Shown: positions 63,757-64,000 of the stretch, piece by piece
Numbering within the stretch: the stretch's first letter is position 1
Layout of the letters: each line of letters begins with the position of its first letter
From: Octopus bimaculoides
Taxonomy: Eukaryota
DNA: 64,000 nucleotides
Assembly (NCBI RefSeq): GCF_001194135.2
Contig: NC_068991.1
Coordinates: 66,338,523 to 66,402,522, forward strand
Reading direction: 5' to 3'
The notes under the pieces: model-generated
Database searches by the model: none
Told to the model about the DNA's origin: nothing
What the model saw: only the letters and a program-made list of their open reading frames with translations
Program-made: the position numbers and the translations under genes

Positions 63757-64000
63757 TAGCAGAGGCGCCCGGCGTTGCTCGGGAATGAAATTGTTGCTTA
63801 TATACTTGAAGAAAAAAAGGCAAAATATGGTGTATAGAAATTTGATGACATTCTGTAGATGGACTCTCAGACGAATGATGGCTGGGCGCCTCTCATGAAT
63901 GGGGAAAATTGAAGATGTGCCAAAAAGCCTCATTGGTACTTGGAAACTTTTACGAAAATTAAAATGGGGATTAAATGAAAAAAATGATTTACGTGAATAT
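63754..64000 (-). mobile_element. Helitron-type element 3' terminus (body continues past the window edge)
   Basis: Minus strand CCCGAGCAACGCCGGG-CGCCTCTG-CTAG-T, ending at a (TA)n run. Confidence 0.6.

Overview
Eukaryotic, AT-rich, repeat-saturated draft-assembly sequence with seven N-gaps. The SINE families and dense (CA)n/(TA)n/(ATT)n/(GAT)n microsatellites look like an Octopus genome (inferred from repeat content, not verified). Only one host coding exon is supported: the first coding exon of a calpain gene on the minus strand (ATG 40979 to GT donor after 40584; Gly-rich N-terminus, then ...FEDPEFP...IEWKRPK). I found no further calpain exon, so 1-40583 is probably one giant first intron. 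That side is strongly CpG-depleted, consistent with gene-body methylation, except for an island at about 26.8-29 kb. The upstream side (about 38-64 kb) retains CpG and holds longer decayed transposons: L1/Tx1, RTE, I/Jockey-like and Penelope-like retroelements, plus mariner, maT-like, Tigger/pogo and Helitron-like ends. Nearly all other listed ORFs are microsatellite, N-gap or repeat artefacts. There is no CRISPR array and no intact tRNA/rRNA gene. I cannot demonstrate a new biological system. The best leads are the CpG step and intronic island with a candidate exon, a fixed-end ~560-bp element sitting in the (AAT)n tail of one SINE family, fossil hammerhead-like motifs (two in long palindromes), and a tandem repeat built from a Tigger HTH coding segment. 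Repeat boundaries are approximate unless a TSD or splice site is quoted.
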